Shown: one piece after another, positions 1 to 8,871 of the stretch
Layout: every line of letters starts with the position of its first letter
Numbering within the stretch: the first letter of the stretch is position 1
From: a virus
DNA: 64,000 nucleotides
IMG/VR virus record: IMGVR_UViG_3300025013_000002
Coordinates: 1 to 64,000 of that record
Strand: one strand, 5' to 3'
Program-made: the position numbers and the translations under genes
Notes under the pieces: model-generated
Told to the model about the DNA's origin: nothing
Database searches by the model: none
The model's input: the letters and a program-made list of their open reading frames with translations, nothing else

Positions 1-206
1 AACGCTACCGTGGAGCGCATGTGGTTGATCAGGCCAAGAGGCTGAAGCCTGCTCTGCGGAGGGTGGTATTTTCCTGTAGATGAACTGGCTACCTGAGTCA
101 GGTACGCGGGCGCCTTCATCAGCGTATAGGCCACGAAATCCTGGATCAGCGGATTCTTGATTTGCTTCAGTTCGGCTTCAACTAATTCGATAATTTCTTC
201 GCTCAA
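1..206 (-). CDS. HD-domain phosphohydrolase, N-terminal part (runs off window edge)
   Basis: Own translation from TTG at 206: MSEEIIELVEAELKQIKNPLIQDFVAYTLMKAPAYLTQVASSSTGKYHPPQSRLQPLGLINHMRSTV. The ASSTGKYHP...GL..H pattern is typical of phage HD hydrolases; the HD dyad would lie outside the window. Confidence 0.6.
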   Translation of the reverse strand, partial: MSEEIIELVEAELKQIKNPLIQDFVAYTLMKAPAYLTQVASSSTGKYHPPQSRLQPLGLINHMRSTVA

Positions 207-424
207 TTCTTTTCTGTCTCCTTCACCTCAGCGATCCCGCTGATGAAATCTCGGTTTAGACAAGTGGTTCGCCCGGAGGGAGTTTCGATGGTCACCCACT
301 CGACCGAAATCCCTTTCAGGATTCCTTCGTGTGGGATCTGGGCGCCGTACTTGTCGATCAATTTTACTGTCTTGCCAAACAAGGCTTCGACTCCGGTTGC
401 CTCTGGCTTCTTTCTAGGTGGCAT
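203..424 (-). CDS. small hypothetical protein, possible Sm/SH3-like beta fold
   Basis: ATG at 424 (MPPRKK...LFGKTVKLI...EGILKGISVEWVTIET); stop overlaps the next start (TTGA). Confidence 0.5.
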   Translation of the reverse strand: MPPRKKPEATGVEALFGKTVKLIDKYGAQIPHEGILKGISVEWVTIETPSGRTTCLNRDFISGIAEVKETEKN

Positions 425-641
425 CCTCGTCCTCGTAGTCATCATCCCCTGCATTCTCGTAGGCTTCGTCCTCGAACTGGCGGATGTAGCCCTCAAGTTT
501 TTCTGCGGCAGTTACGAATGCACTCCGGAGGCGGTGAAATTCGGGGTCCTCAATCTCAGACCAATCGCTGTATTCGCGGAGCGCGTAGTCAAAGCCTTCG
601 TAGTCGATCTTGTAAAACAGGTTGGTAAATTCGTTGCTCAT
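414..641 (-). CDS. acidic hypothetical protein
   Basis: 75-aa ORF tightly packed in the operon, GAGG RBS. Confidence 0.6.
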   Translation of the reverse strand: MSNEFTNLFYKIDYEGFDYALREYSDWSEIEDPEFHRLRSAFVTAAEKLEGYIRQFEDEAYENAGDDDYEDEDAT

Positions 642-768
642 CCTCTTCCTCCTCAGGTTCCCAGCACCAGGCGTCTTCAGGAATCACCTGGTCCGATTTC
701 AGTTCACACTCGCCCCCGCCGTAATCGACGGGGGCTATTCTTGTGTACGGGCAATGCGAGTAGCACAT

Positions 769-1056
769 CTACTTCACGGCCCTCCACTCGATTACTTTGA
801 CCTCGACAGGTTCGACTTCGGTGACCTCAACTTCTTCAGGCCACCACTCGCTGTCGTAATCCCAGTCAGTGAAAGCACTCCCTGACCGGGACTCGACGAG
901 GCTGTAGTGCTTGTCTTCGAACTTGAATACGATTTCCCTGCATTGGTACTTGTAGTCTTGAATCCACTCGCCTTCTTCAACGATCTCGAATCCTTCAGGA
1001 GTATCTTCTTCAGTGATGGCGATCATCAGGTCTTTTGCGAATTTTCTAGTTTTCAT
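769..1056 (-). CDS. hypothetical protein (paralogue triplet, copy 3)
   Basis: MKTRKFAKDLMIAI...PEGFEIVE...IVFKFEDKHY; overlapping start/stop with neighbours. Confidence 0.7.
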   Translation of the reverse strand: MKTRKFAKDLMIAITEEDTPEGFEIVEEGEWIQDYKYQCREIVFKFEDKHYSLVESRSGSAFTDWDYDSEWWPEEVEVTEVEPVEVKVIEWRAVK

Positions 1057-1324
1057 CTCTCAACTCCTTCCACTTGAAATTGCCTTCGTCCCAGTAGACT
1101 TCGTAAGCCGGAACATCCCCTTCCCAGTTTGCCAAAAGCCCTTTCGGTCTCCCACCGCCATTCCAACCAGAGAACTGATAAAACCTGCCTCCTACCCGGA
1201 AGACGACGCTGGTGCCCTTACCGTCGTCCCACGACAACTTCAACTCAAGAAGTTCATACCCCTCAGGAACGATCTGACCCGCGAGCGCGATGATGTCGTC
1301 CTTGGGAAAATATTTAGTTGGCAA
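1046..1324 (-). CDS. hypothetical protein (paralogue triplet, copy 2)
   Basis: MPTKYFPKDDIIAL...PEGYELLE...VVFRVGGRFY. Confidence 0.7.
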   Translation of the reverse strand: MPTKYFPKDDIIALAGQIVPEGYELLELKLSWDDGKGTSVVFRVGGRFYQFSGWNGGGRPKGLLANWEGDVPAYEVYWDEGNFKWKELRDEN

Positions 1325-1613
1325 TGGGTAGTACCTCCCAACCAGGCCTACAGAATTCGTGATGAACCACTTCGTGTGCGCTCATCCCTGCGACCCCAAA
1401 ATCCAGTACAGAGACTTTCTCCCAGCCTTCCACCAGGTCGTACATGAATACGTAGTGCTTGCCCTCGAAACCAAAGACGACTTCTTTGAACTGCATTCTG
1501 CCTGCAGCAGGTGTGATCTTGTGGTGGTTAGCCTCCAAGATCTCATAGCCGGTGGGGGCAGCCCCGTTGATCAGAGAAATCAGCGTTTCCTTGTTGAATT
1601 TTCTAGTTCCCAA
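1314..1613 (-). CDS. hypothetical protein (paralogue triplet, copy 1)
   Basis: MGTRKFNKETLISL...PTGYEILE...VVFGFEGKHY. Confidence 0.7.
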   Translation of the reverse strand: MGTRKFNKETLISLINGAAPTGYEILEANHHKITPAAGRMQFKEVVFGFEGKHYVFMYDLVEGWEKVSVLDFGVAGMSAHEVVHHEFCRPGWEVLPIAN

Positions 1614-1622
1614 TTTTTTCTC

Positions 1623-2561
1623 CTAATACATCTGCAGGAGTCGCTCTAGCGCGATCTCCTCAACGTCGTAGCGGCCCGGAGCCCAGTGAGTCAGAATAGC
1701 GAGCCCTCTCCAGTAAGCGTTCAGGCCTCCGTAGGCGTAGGCATCAACATGAGAAAAGAACGCCCCTAGCATACTGATTTGGGTGATGGTGTCTGACCCG
1801 TGGCGGTAGTAATTCACGCTCTCGCGACGGTGTGAATGACCGTAGACCACTGATTTAGCCGTTTGCTCAGCAGCCCGGTGAATCGCGTATTTCCCGGTAA
1901 CCGGTTGATTCGCGGCATTCTGGGGTGCGTGCGTAAAGAGAACGCCTTCGATCTCGATGTTCTCTCGGTACTCCACCACGGAAGTAACGCCCAACTCAGG
2001 AAGCCCAAGGTCCTTCACAAGGTCTAGGTGCTCTTTCAGTTCAGGCTTGGTTTCGAGGTAACGGTCTAGCCTGGAACAATGGTTGCCTTTTATGAAGACC
2101 ACTTCCGGGCGGTAACCCGCGATCTTCTTGCTGGGCTCCAGCAAAAGTCGAAGTGCCTCCTTCCCCGCTTCCATGTCCTCTTTGTACCTGCGCCCCTCCA
2201 TGACTCCGGATTTGGTCAGGTCCCAGTTACTCAAGGATTCAAGGCTGACCCAATCCCCCAAGGTGATTACTCGATCCGGCCTGCGTTCAGCCATAAGCTG
2301 ACCCGCCTTCTCGAATCGGGTAAGATCCTGGCCCGGACCCACGTGAGCATCGGGGATGACCAAGGAAGTGCTCCAGCCCTTGTCCGACTTCTTCCCCAAG
2401 TACTCCTCTTTCGCAGCGCTCCACCCGCCGAAGACGCGCATGAAGGGGTCCTCGGTAACTCCGAATTCCGCGCGCATTTCTCTTCGAGTGGGCATCTTGT
2501 CGTGCCTCTCTTCGAACTGACCTAGCAATTCGAGGAGCTGTTCTTTCGTGTAACTACTCAA
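1623..2561 (-). CDS. calcineurin-like metallophosphoesterase with N-terminal helical repeat (homing-endonuclease-associated-repeat-like)
   Basis: Motifs DAH, GDW, GNH, THAP, GHSH in the canonical order; N-terminus YTKEQLLELL...PT..EM....FMRVFGGWSAA. Confidence 0.85.
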   Translation of the reverse strand: MSSYTKEQLLELLGQFEERHDKMPTRREMRAEFGVTEDPFMRVFGGWSAAKEEYLGKKSDKGWSTSLVIPDAHVGPGQDLTRFEKAGQLMAERRPDRVITLGDWVSLESLSNWDLTKSGVMEGRRYKEDMEAGKEALRLLLEPSKKIAGYRPEVVFIKGNHCSRLDRYLETKPELKEHLDLVKDLGLPELGVTSVVEYRENIEIEGVLFTHAPQNAANQPVTGKYAIHRAAEQTAKSVVYGHSHRRESVNYYRHGSDTITQISMLGAFFSHVDAYAYGGLNAYWRGLAILTHWAPGRYDVEEIALERLLQMY

Positions 2562-2569
2562 TTTGACTC

Positions 2570-2992
2570 CTATTCAGATGTGAATTCATCTGGGCGAAAT
2601 TCAGAAATAATAAGTTCCGCCCTTGGGTTTTCCTTGTCGATTCCGCCGAACTTGTACTCGATCTGAGGGATGAACGTATAATTGTCGTCCTCCAGGAGTT
2701 TCAGTTCAATCAGCGCGTCGTCTGCGAATTTCTGAACCACCGCCCCGATGTTCGCCAGATCGAACAGCCGCTTCGTCGAGTAGAAAATCGTGTAGGTGAA
2801 TTTGTACGGTGGCTTGCCTAGGTCACCTTCGGCCTTCTCGACTGCCTTAGCTACGATTTCCTTGTACAGGATCTTCAGCGCGTTGCTCTCATGGTGCTGC
2901 CAGTTGCGGTAATTGTTGAGGGTCAAGTAATACTTCGGCCCATCCTTCGTCTTCCTCGGGATGGTCACTGTCAGGGGCAGACTAATCTTCAA
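2570..2992 (-). CDS. RusA-like Holliday junction resolvase
   Basis: RLFDLANIG...KFADDAL...LLEDDN...ENPRAEL matches the RusA D-x-x-N...K...D...DD pattern. Confidence 0.75.
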   Translation of the reverse strand: MKISLPLTVTIPRKTKDGPKYYLTLNNYRNWQHHESNALKILYKEIVAKAVEKAEGDLGKPPYKFTYTIFYSTKRLFDLANIGAVVQKFADDALIELKLLEDDNYTFIPQIEYKFGGIDKENPRAELIISEFRPDEFTSE

Positions 2993-3200
2993 GGTATGCC
3001 TTCAGTTGGTCTGCGATGTCCCCACAAAGGTTGTCGGTGACACTCCACGTGGTTCCTTGCTTGGTGACGCAGTTACCTTTTCCGATTTCAGTGAAGTCGC
3101 CGTAGATACGCTCCAGTTCTTCCCTGCTCTCAATCACGAAGTTCACCATAATCGGCTTGAACTCCGCTTCCTCCCTCGTCACTTCCACTTTCATCTTCAT
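2982..3200 (-). CDS. hypothetical protein
   Basis: ATG at 3200 after AAGGAG (MKMKVEVTREE...). Confidence 0.55.
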   Translation of the reverse strand: MKMKVEVTREEAEFKPIMVNFVIESREELERIYGDFTEIGKGNCVTKQGTTWSVTDNLCGDIADQLKAYLED

Positions 3201-4716
3201 CTCCTTTTCCCGTTTCAACTGGCAAAAATCGCCAGCATCCGTCTTCTCTTGCTTCGATCCGGTGCCCCTTATAATGATAAGGGACCATCTCAAGCATCTC
3301 AGGTTCCCACGACGATTTCCGCCGCTTCTTGGTCATCACGCCCTTAGCTACGATCCAGTTCCCAACTCCGTTGTGCGAAAAATAATACCTCATGCTTTTG
3401 TCGCAGATGGAGCAGATCCCCGCGCCGTGCGACGGAGCATTCGTGCCTCCGCAAAGGGTACATTTTTCAACTCGGGTGTGTTTTCCGTGCAGCCTGTATC
3501 TGCGCCAAGGGGCCTTGTCCCAGAGGATTTTCCTGCCAACGCCAATCTTAGTCCCTCCCACTTTCAAGTAGAGGAATTCCAAGAGTTTGCCCTTCACCGG
3601 CTTGATGTTGTTGAGTAGGGCGTTGTCCCTCCCCGCGAAGCTGAAAGCTACCCGGAAGAGATCCCCGTTGAACCAAACTAAAAACCCTTTGGCGTTCCCA
3701 CCTACGTGCCAGAATCGTTCGACGATTCCCACGGTCACCCTGACCTCGACCACATGAGACTCGCCGGTTCTGGCGGTATCCTGGTCGGTCAGAGTGAGGT
3801 ACTCGCAATCCGAGTGCTCCATGACCTTGACGACTTCGCCCAAAACTTCCTCTTCCTGAAATGCGAGGCCCACATAATTGGGCGTGATCTGCGTGAGTAG
3901 GTTGTTATCCTGAAATTTTCGCAGCTTCTCTACTCGCTCGGGAAACGGGGTTGTGGGGTTGCCGTTGAGGGTCAAGGCAAACTCCTTCAGATTGTCGAAG
4001 TAATCAACTGGGTGAAACACGATCCTTCCTGAGGACACCCGCCCCGCGTAGCCCGTCAGGGTAAATCGTGGAGTGCCGATGTACTGAAGATCAACCGGCA
4101 GAAGTGGTTTCACAGGAACCAATTTTCCTGCATCGCACATAAACGACCTACTTGATCTAGGCTCCCTAGAGACCACCCCTAGCCTCATATCATCAGCCAT
4201 GACAGCGGAGATAGCGACCGGGTAGTTCAACGCAGCGAAGCTTGTCTGGAGGGCCTCAGGTGCCTTATAAATTTCGAAGGTGTTAACCACACCAAGGTCG
4301 AGCGAGGTCTGAATCTCCATGACGGGCAATCCTTTGGTAAAACTTTTTGAAACTAGGGCTAAATAAAATTCCCTGTCGATTTTACAGGTCTTCGCTAGAA
4401 ATCGAATTAACTCCGACTCCCTCGTGCAGGTCACAGCTTTCCGGTTGAAGAACCTGACGACTTCCAGAAAACCCTCAAAGCTCGCTTCGGAGATTTCTAG
4501 TTCCGGGACTGAGTGGTACCTGGATTCGTCGATGGCCTTGAACCGAAAATTCGACATACAGAACCAGCAGGCGAACGTGAGGAGCCATTCGGATTCTTCT
4601 GGGAGCTTCAGGACCCCCGCAGCGAATTGCTTTCTCTTTTCCTTGGGTGACCTGAGTTCTACTAGCGAATTCCTGAAGTTCAAAACTTCTTCGATGTTGG
4701 AAAGTTCGATTTTCAT
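3130..4716 (-). CDS. degenerate ATP-dependent DNA ligase paralogue with C-terminal Cys4 zinc finger
   Basis: Colinear by-eye similarity to the ligase at 17303-18700; KxDG motif replaced by VMADDMR; C-terminal CTLC...CSIC. Confidence 0.6.
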   Translation of the reverse strand: MKIELSNIEEVLNFRNSLVELRSPKEKRKQFAAGVLKLPEESEWLLTFACWFCMSNFRFKAIDESRYHSVPELEISEASFEGFLEVVRFFNRKAVTCTRESELIRFLAKTCKIDREFYLALVSKSFTKGLPVMEIQTSLDLGVVNTFEIYKAPEALQTSFAALNYPVAISAVMADDMRLGVVSREPRSSRSFMCDAGKLVPVKPLLPVDLQYIGTPRFTLTGYAGRVSSGRIVFHPVDYFDNLKEFALTLNGNPTTPFPERVEKLRKFQDNNLLTQITPNYVGLAFQEEEVLGEVVKVMEHSDCEYLTLTDQDTARTGESHVVEVRVTVGIVERFWHVGGNAKGFLVWFNGDLFRVAFSFAGRDNALLNNIKPVKGKLLEFLYLKVGGTKIGVGRKILWDKAPWRRYRLHGKHTRVEKCTLCGGTNAPSHGAGICSICDKSMRYYFSHNGVGNWIVAKGVMTKKRRKSSWEPEMLEMVPYHYKGHRIEAREDGCWRFLPVETGKGDEDESGSDEGGSGVQADYGELRD

Positions 4717-5363
4717 CAGACTCCGATTTTTCCCGTATACCTCTCCATAGGCGAGATCTGCGTTACGTTATCCTTTTTACCATCCTTGTGCTCCTGCGCG
4801 TAATCCAGAAGGTACCGCTGTACCGACTGGTACCAGCCCTTTGCAGTCACTTGATTGAGGTTCATGTGGCCGTGCTTTCCATCTGGCGCAGAACTCCGCA
4901 TATATTCTTTCAGTTCACCAGATGCCCAAGCCCTTGGTAGGTACAACCACCAAGGCTCCAAGGCCACTGCCAACTTATCGGCCATACATAACCTGGAGGG
5001 CTCATCACCGTTTCTTTTAGCTAAGAACCGTGAATGGTTTAAGCAGAAGAAGTACCAACGAGCACCGTCGTAATTACCAGACAAATACCGCAAGAAACGT
5101 AGAGGATTCCAACTCCAGAGATCCTTATGGTGGTAATCAAACAACCAGTGCATAATCTTAGCCCCAGCATAGGGATGAAGTTCTCCTTTAGGACCATCCA
5201 TCTCAGGACAGCCCCAGTAGCCCCAATCATGTACCAGGAACGCCACCCACAGGCGCGGGTCCCACGGGAACCCATAGAGCTTCCACCACGCCAAGGCCAC
5301 AACAAAAGGATGCCACCACCAGAGATGCACTCCGAACAATAAAGATTTAGTTCCTACCTTCAA
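4716..5363 (-). CDS. HD-like metal-binding hypothetical protein
   Basis: H...HDWGY...H...H...ADKL spacing typical of the HD superfamily. Confidence 0.5.
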   Translation of the reverse strand: MKVGTKSLLFGVHLWWWHPFVVALAWWKLYGFPWDPRLWVAFLVHDWGYWGCPEMDGPKGELHPYAGAKIMHWLFDYHHKDLWSWNPLRFLRYLSGNYDGARWYFFCLNHSRFLAKRNGDEPSRLCMADKLAVALEPWWLYLPRAWASGELKEYMRSSAPDGKHGHMNLNQVTAKGWYQSVQRYLLDYAQEHKDGKKDNVTQISPMERYTGKIGV

Positions 5364-5372
5364 ATACTCCTC

Positions 5373-7607
5373 CTATTGCTGAATTGATGTCGTTCCGTCC
5401 TCGTGTTTAGTTGCTCTGATCACGCTGTCGTAGGTCATCGCCAAGGCCAACTCGCTGTGGGCTATGGTGAATAGAGCCTTGTTCTGGCCTCTCAGATGAT
5501 CCAGCACCGCAAAAAGTCCAGCCTTCCCCTCTTCATCCAACGACCCGAAGATTTCATCGAGGCAGAGAACGTTGAAGGAAGAGGAGCCCGTGGCTTCCAA
5601 AATTTCCAACGTAGCGAAGAGGCAGGACATCTTGACTCGCGCCTTCTCGCCCTCCGACCAGTTCGCCCACTTGACCGTCTTGTGGGAATCGGTGACCGTG
5701 AATTGGACCTCGCCGTCTTCATCGAGATAGAATACGCACGCGATTCTGCCCGAGGTGATCATCTCCGAATATTTTCGGATCAGGATGTTGAAACTCCTCA
5801 AGAACCTGTCGATTTTCCTGACTCGGTAGCCTTTCGGCCCGAGGATTCCCAACCAATTCCTGATGTCCTCCAAGGTGCTTTCTGCGTTGGACAACTCATT
5901 TCTTGAGGCGGCTAACCTCAATAAAAGGTCGCGGTTGTTTTCCTCGACTTGGCGGTTGAGTTCCTTCCGGGCTCTTGATAAAGCATTGTGGTCCTTCGCC
6001 TTGGTGACTTCAGTATCAATTTGGGAAACCTCGTTTTTTACTGAAATCAACTGCGAAGCGACTTCGCCCAGCTTCAGGTCAAGCCCAGCCAGAACCAGAG
6101 GATCAGCCTCGACCACAGGACCAACTTCAGCCCTCAACCGGTTCAACTCGTTCTGCTTCTGCTCGAACAGCAGGTGCTCCATCCCGATCCCAACGGCTTC
6201 CTGGAGATTCTCCGAGATTCGCCGTTTGCGATCTGCGAATGTGCTGACATCAAGCTGAGCCTGGTTCCCGTCGATCTTGGTGTCAGGATTGGCTTCGAGC
6301 TTTTCAAGCTCCTGCGTTTTCCTGGTGATTTCCTGCCAAGCCTTTTGAACGGCTCGGTACTTCGAGAGGGAATCGGAGCACTTGTTCAGGATCTCGTAGC
6401 CGGTTTCGATCTGGCTGAAAAGCTCCGCGATTTGTCCTTCGAACTGCGTCGGGTCAACTCCATGACCACAGGTAGGACAGGCGCCAGATTCAGATGATTT
6501 TTGAAGGCTCAGTCGTTCGGTCTCGCGCTGGCTTACGTTCGCCTGGGTCTTCGTCCGGAGATTTTCGATTTTGCTGATCTGCTCCTCAGCGAACTCCAGT
6601 TCAACTTCAGGAGTCTCCAATCCAGCCAGCTCCTCCCTCAAGGGAACCAGCCGGTCAATCTGCGGCTTGGCACTTTGGTACCTAGCCAAGACCCCTTGAG
6701 CCTCTTGCAGCAAAGACTCCGTGGTTCTGAGTTCTTCCTGAAGCTTAGTTGCTCTGCTTTGTGCGTCCTCCTTGGCTAAGGCAGGAACTTGGAAATCCTT
6801 CAGTTCCTTCTCAAGTTCCTGAATCTTGCTCTGGGTTGCTTGGTTCGCCTCGGCTGTTTTCAGCTTCTCCGCAAGTTCCAAGCGGTCCCTGGAAAGTTCC
6901 AATTGCTGCGCTTTCAAACTATCAACTTCAACCCAAAGCAGCTTCAGTTTGGATTCAAGCTCAGCAACCTCGACTTCCTCCAGTTCAGGCTGAGGATGAA
7001 CCACGCCCTGCTCCATCAACTCGATGTTTTTCTGGAGCATCAGAATCTTGCCGTGCTTTCCTGCGAGGCCCTTTTCCTTCTCCTTCATCCGGTCGAATTC
7101 TGCGTCGAGTTCATCCAGGCGATTAACGCGGGAGATGAATTTTTTCCTCTCTCCGTCTGAGGAGGATTCGAGAAGATTCAGGGAGCTTTTAGGGCTCTGG
7201 TAGACGAGGTCCACGAAAGTCGAATAGTCGGTTTCGAGGACCTCTTCGATGAACTTCAGATTGTCCGGGATTCTTTTCAGATGCCGCTTGTGCTTCGCTC
7301 CGTTGACCTCTTCATAAATCTCGATCTCGCCGGTTTTCTTCGAGTTCTTGACGTGCCACTCGGAAGCGCCCTTGGTGAACCAGATTTCAATCTCGTAGGG
7401 CTGGCCCGTGATCTCGTTATTCACGTCAGCGATCTTGGTGCCCTTCGGGTTCTGGTTGAAGAGGCCCTGGATCAACGTCAGGAAAAGGCTCGTCTTGCTG
7501 GCGCCGTTGTTCCCGATGACCGAGTGAATCCCATTCTCGAACCTGAAGTCGAGGTACTTGTAGGCGAAGCAGTCTCTGGCAACGACTCGGGTGAAATTGA
7601 CTACCAC
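5373..7607 (-). CDS. sbcC: SbcC/Rad50-like ATPase (T5 D13-like recombination exonuclease subunit)
   Basis: Walker A GNNGASKTS, Q-loop VYQ, long coiled coil with CPTC zinc hook, signature WSEGEK, Walker B LCLDE, H-loop IAHS. Confidence 0.92.
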   Translation of the reverse strand: MVVNFTRVVARDCFAYKYLDFRFENGIHSVIGNNGASKTSLFLTLIQGLFNQNPKGTKIADVNNEITGQPYEIEIWFTKGASEWHVKNSKKTGEIEIYEEVNGAKHKRHLKRIPDNLKFIEEVLETDYSTFVDLVYQSPKSSLNLLESSSDGERKKFISRVNRLDELDAEFDRMKEKEKGLAGKHGKILMLQKNIELMEQGVVHPQPELEEVEVAELESKLKLLWVEVDSLKAQQLELSRDRLELAEKLKTAEANQATQSKIQELEKELKDFQVPALAKEDAQSRATKLQEELRTTESLLQEAQGVLARYQSAKPQIDRLVPLREELAGLETPEVELEFAEEQISKIENLRTKTQANVSQRETERLSLQKSSESGACPTCGHGVDPTQFEGQIAELFSQIETGYEILNKCSDSLSKYRAVQKAWQEITRKTQELEKLEANPDTKIDGNQAQLDVSTFADRKRRISENLQEAVGIGMEHLLFEQKQNELNRLRAEVGPVVEADPLVLAGLDLKLGEVASQLISVKNEVSQIDTEVTKAKDHNALSRARKELNRQVEENNRDLLLRLAASRNELSNAESTLEDIRNWLGILGPKGYRVRKIDRFLRSFNILIRKYSEMITSGRIACVFYLDEDGEVQFTVTDSHKTVKWANWSEGEKARVKMSCLFATLEILEATGSSSFNVLCLDEIFGSLDEEGKAGLFAVLDHLRGQNKALFTIAHSELALAMTYDSVIRATKHEDGTTSIQQ

Positions 7608-7861
7608 TCCTCTTCCTCCATGCTCCGGCTTGGAGGGTACAATACTTCGTCTTGGTACCTGCCGATGAAGAGGCCGACGAAAAGCGTCTGGAAGGCGAAC
7701 CCTCGGAGCGACGGGAGGAACATGAAGGGGAAAACCATATCATCCAGGTAGCCCATCAGGGAGAACTCAACGTCGATGCCGAAGAGCCTTAAACGGAGTG
7801 AGATCGTTCTGTTGGGCTTGTTGAGTGAGCCGTCGATATCGAATAAATCTTTGAGTTTCAA
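7601..7861 (-). CDS. hypothetical protein
   Basis: 86-aa ORF overlapping both neighbours in the operon. Confidence 0.45.
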   Translation of the reverse strand: MKLKDLFDIDGSLNKPNRTISLRLRLFGIDVEFSLMGYLDDMVFPFMFLPSLRGFAFQTLFVGLFIGRYQDEVLYPPSRSMEEEEW

Positions 7862-8871
7862 GCTGCCTCCTTCCAGACCGTCATCATCCGGTCGATTTTA
7901 TTTTCGTCGTACCCAAGCTCGCCAAGGTACAAAGCCAGTTCCTCGTCGAGCGACCGGTTGGCAATTTCTTCCTGCTCTCCATTTTCCTGAACCAGAACCT
8001 GCAAAGCTTCAGGAACCTTCACCAGCTTGACGTTGGCCTGAGGCGCTGAGATGGTCTTCAACTCAGGAACGGTGCCAGTGACCTCGATCCGGTAGAAGTC
8101 GGTGTCGTTCAGAGCGGGGAATTCTTCATCCGCTCGAATTCGGATCTGAATTAGTGAAGGCAAATTTGTGGCTAGACGCTCGTACTTCGCGGTGCCTTTG
8201 TCAATGGTCAGGAGGAGAACTCCGGTATCGACCGAGGATTGAAACTCCTTGTTGATCGGGTGGTTCGTGTAGACTAGCTTGCCTAGTTCGTACCTGCTGT
8301 GAATGTCCCCTACGACCGCAAGATCGAAAGGCTCCAGCAAATGATCGACATCAATTTCCTCCTTGACGAACTGATTGTAGTTGCAGCGGAAATGCGAGAT
8401 CAGGATGTTTGTGTGCCCTTCTTGAAACTCGAACTGGACTCCTGCGGGTGGAATTTCCTTTGGCAGGTTGCAGTGGTTCATGAAGTGGAGCGAGAAACGG
8501 TCGTCAGGAAAATGAGCACTCCAATCGGTGCTTCTGTAATTAACTTGGATCGTTTTGTCCTTGCCCATGTCTAGGTGCTTGAAGGTATCCTTGCCAGGCC
8601 CAATCGTACAATGATTCCCGGAGACTAAGTAAACTTCGACCCCCGCCTCACGACACATTCTGAAGAAAATTAATGCAAGCTCCTGCTCATCTAGGTCAGG
8701 CTCACATCTCTCAAAAACATCACCTGCGACAATAAGCTCTGCGTGATGGTGAAGGCAGGCTTCAATTAAATAGTCGAAGAGGCAAAAATAGCGTTCGATT
8801 TGCCAGGTTGTAGGAGCCTCTCGCCTGAGCCAGATGTGCCAATCTGCGGTACAGATAAATTTTTTAGGCAA
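7858..8871 (-). CDS. sbcD: SbcD/Mre11-like nuclease (T5 D12-like)
   Basis: ADWH, AGDVF, SGNH, SH, GDIH phosphoesterase motifs; upstream of the SbcC-like gene. Confidence 0.9.
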   Translation of the reverse strand: MPKKFICTADWHIWLRREAPTTWQIERYFCLFDYLIEACLHHHAELIVAGDVFERCEPDLDEQELALIFFRMCREAGVEVYLVSGNHCTIGPGKDTFKHLDMGKDKTIQVNYRSTDWSAHFPDDRFSLHFMNHCNLPKEIPPAGVQFEFQEGHTNILISHFRCNYNQFVKEEIDVDHLLEPFDLAVVGDIHSRYELGKLVYTNHPINKEFQSSVDTGVLLLTIDKGTAKYERLATNLPSLIQIRIRADEEFPALNDTDFYRIEVTGTVPELKTISAPQANVKLVKVPEALQVLVQENGEQEEIANRSLDEELALYLGELGYDENKIDRMMTVWKEAA

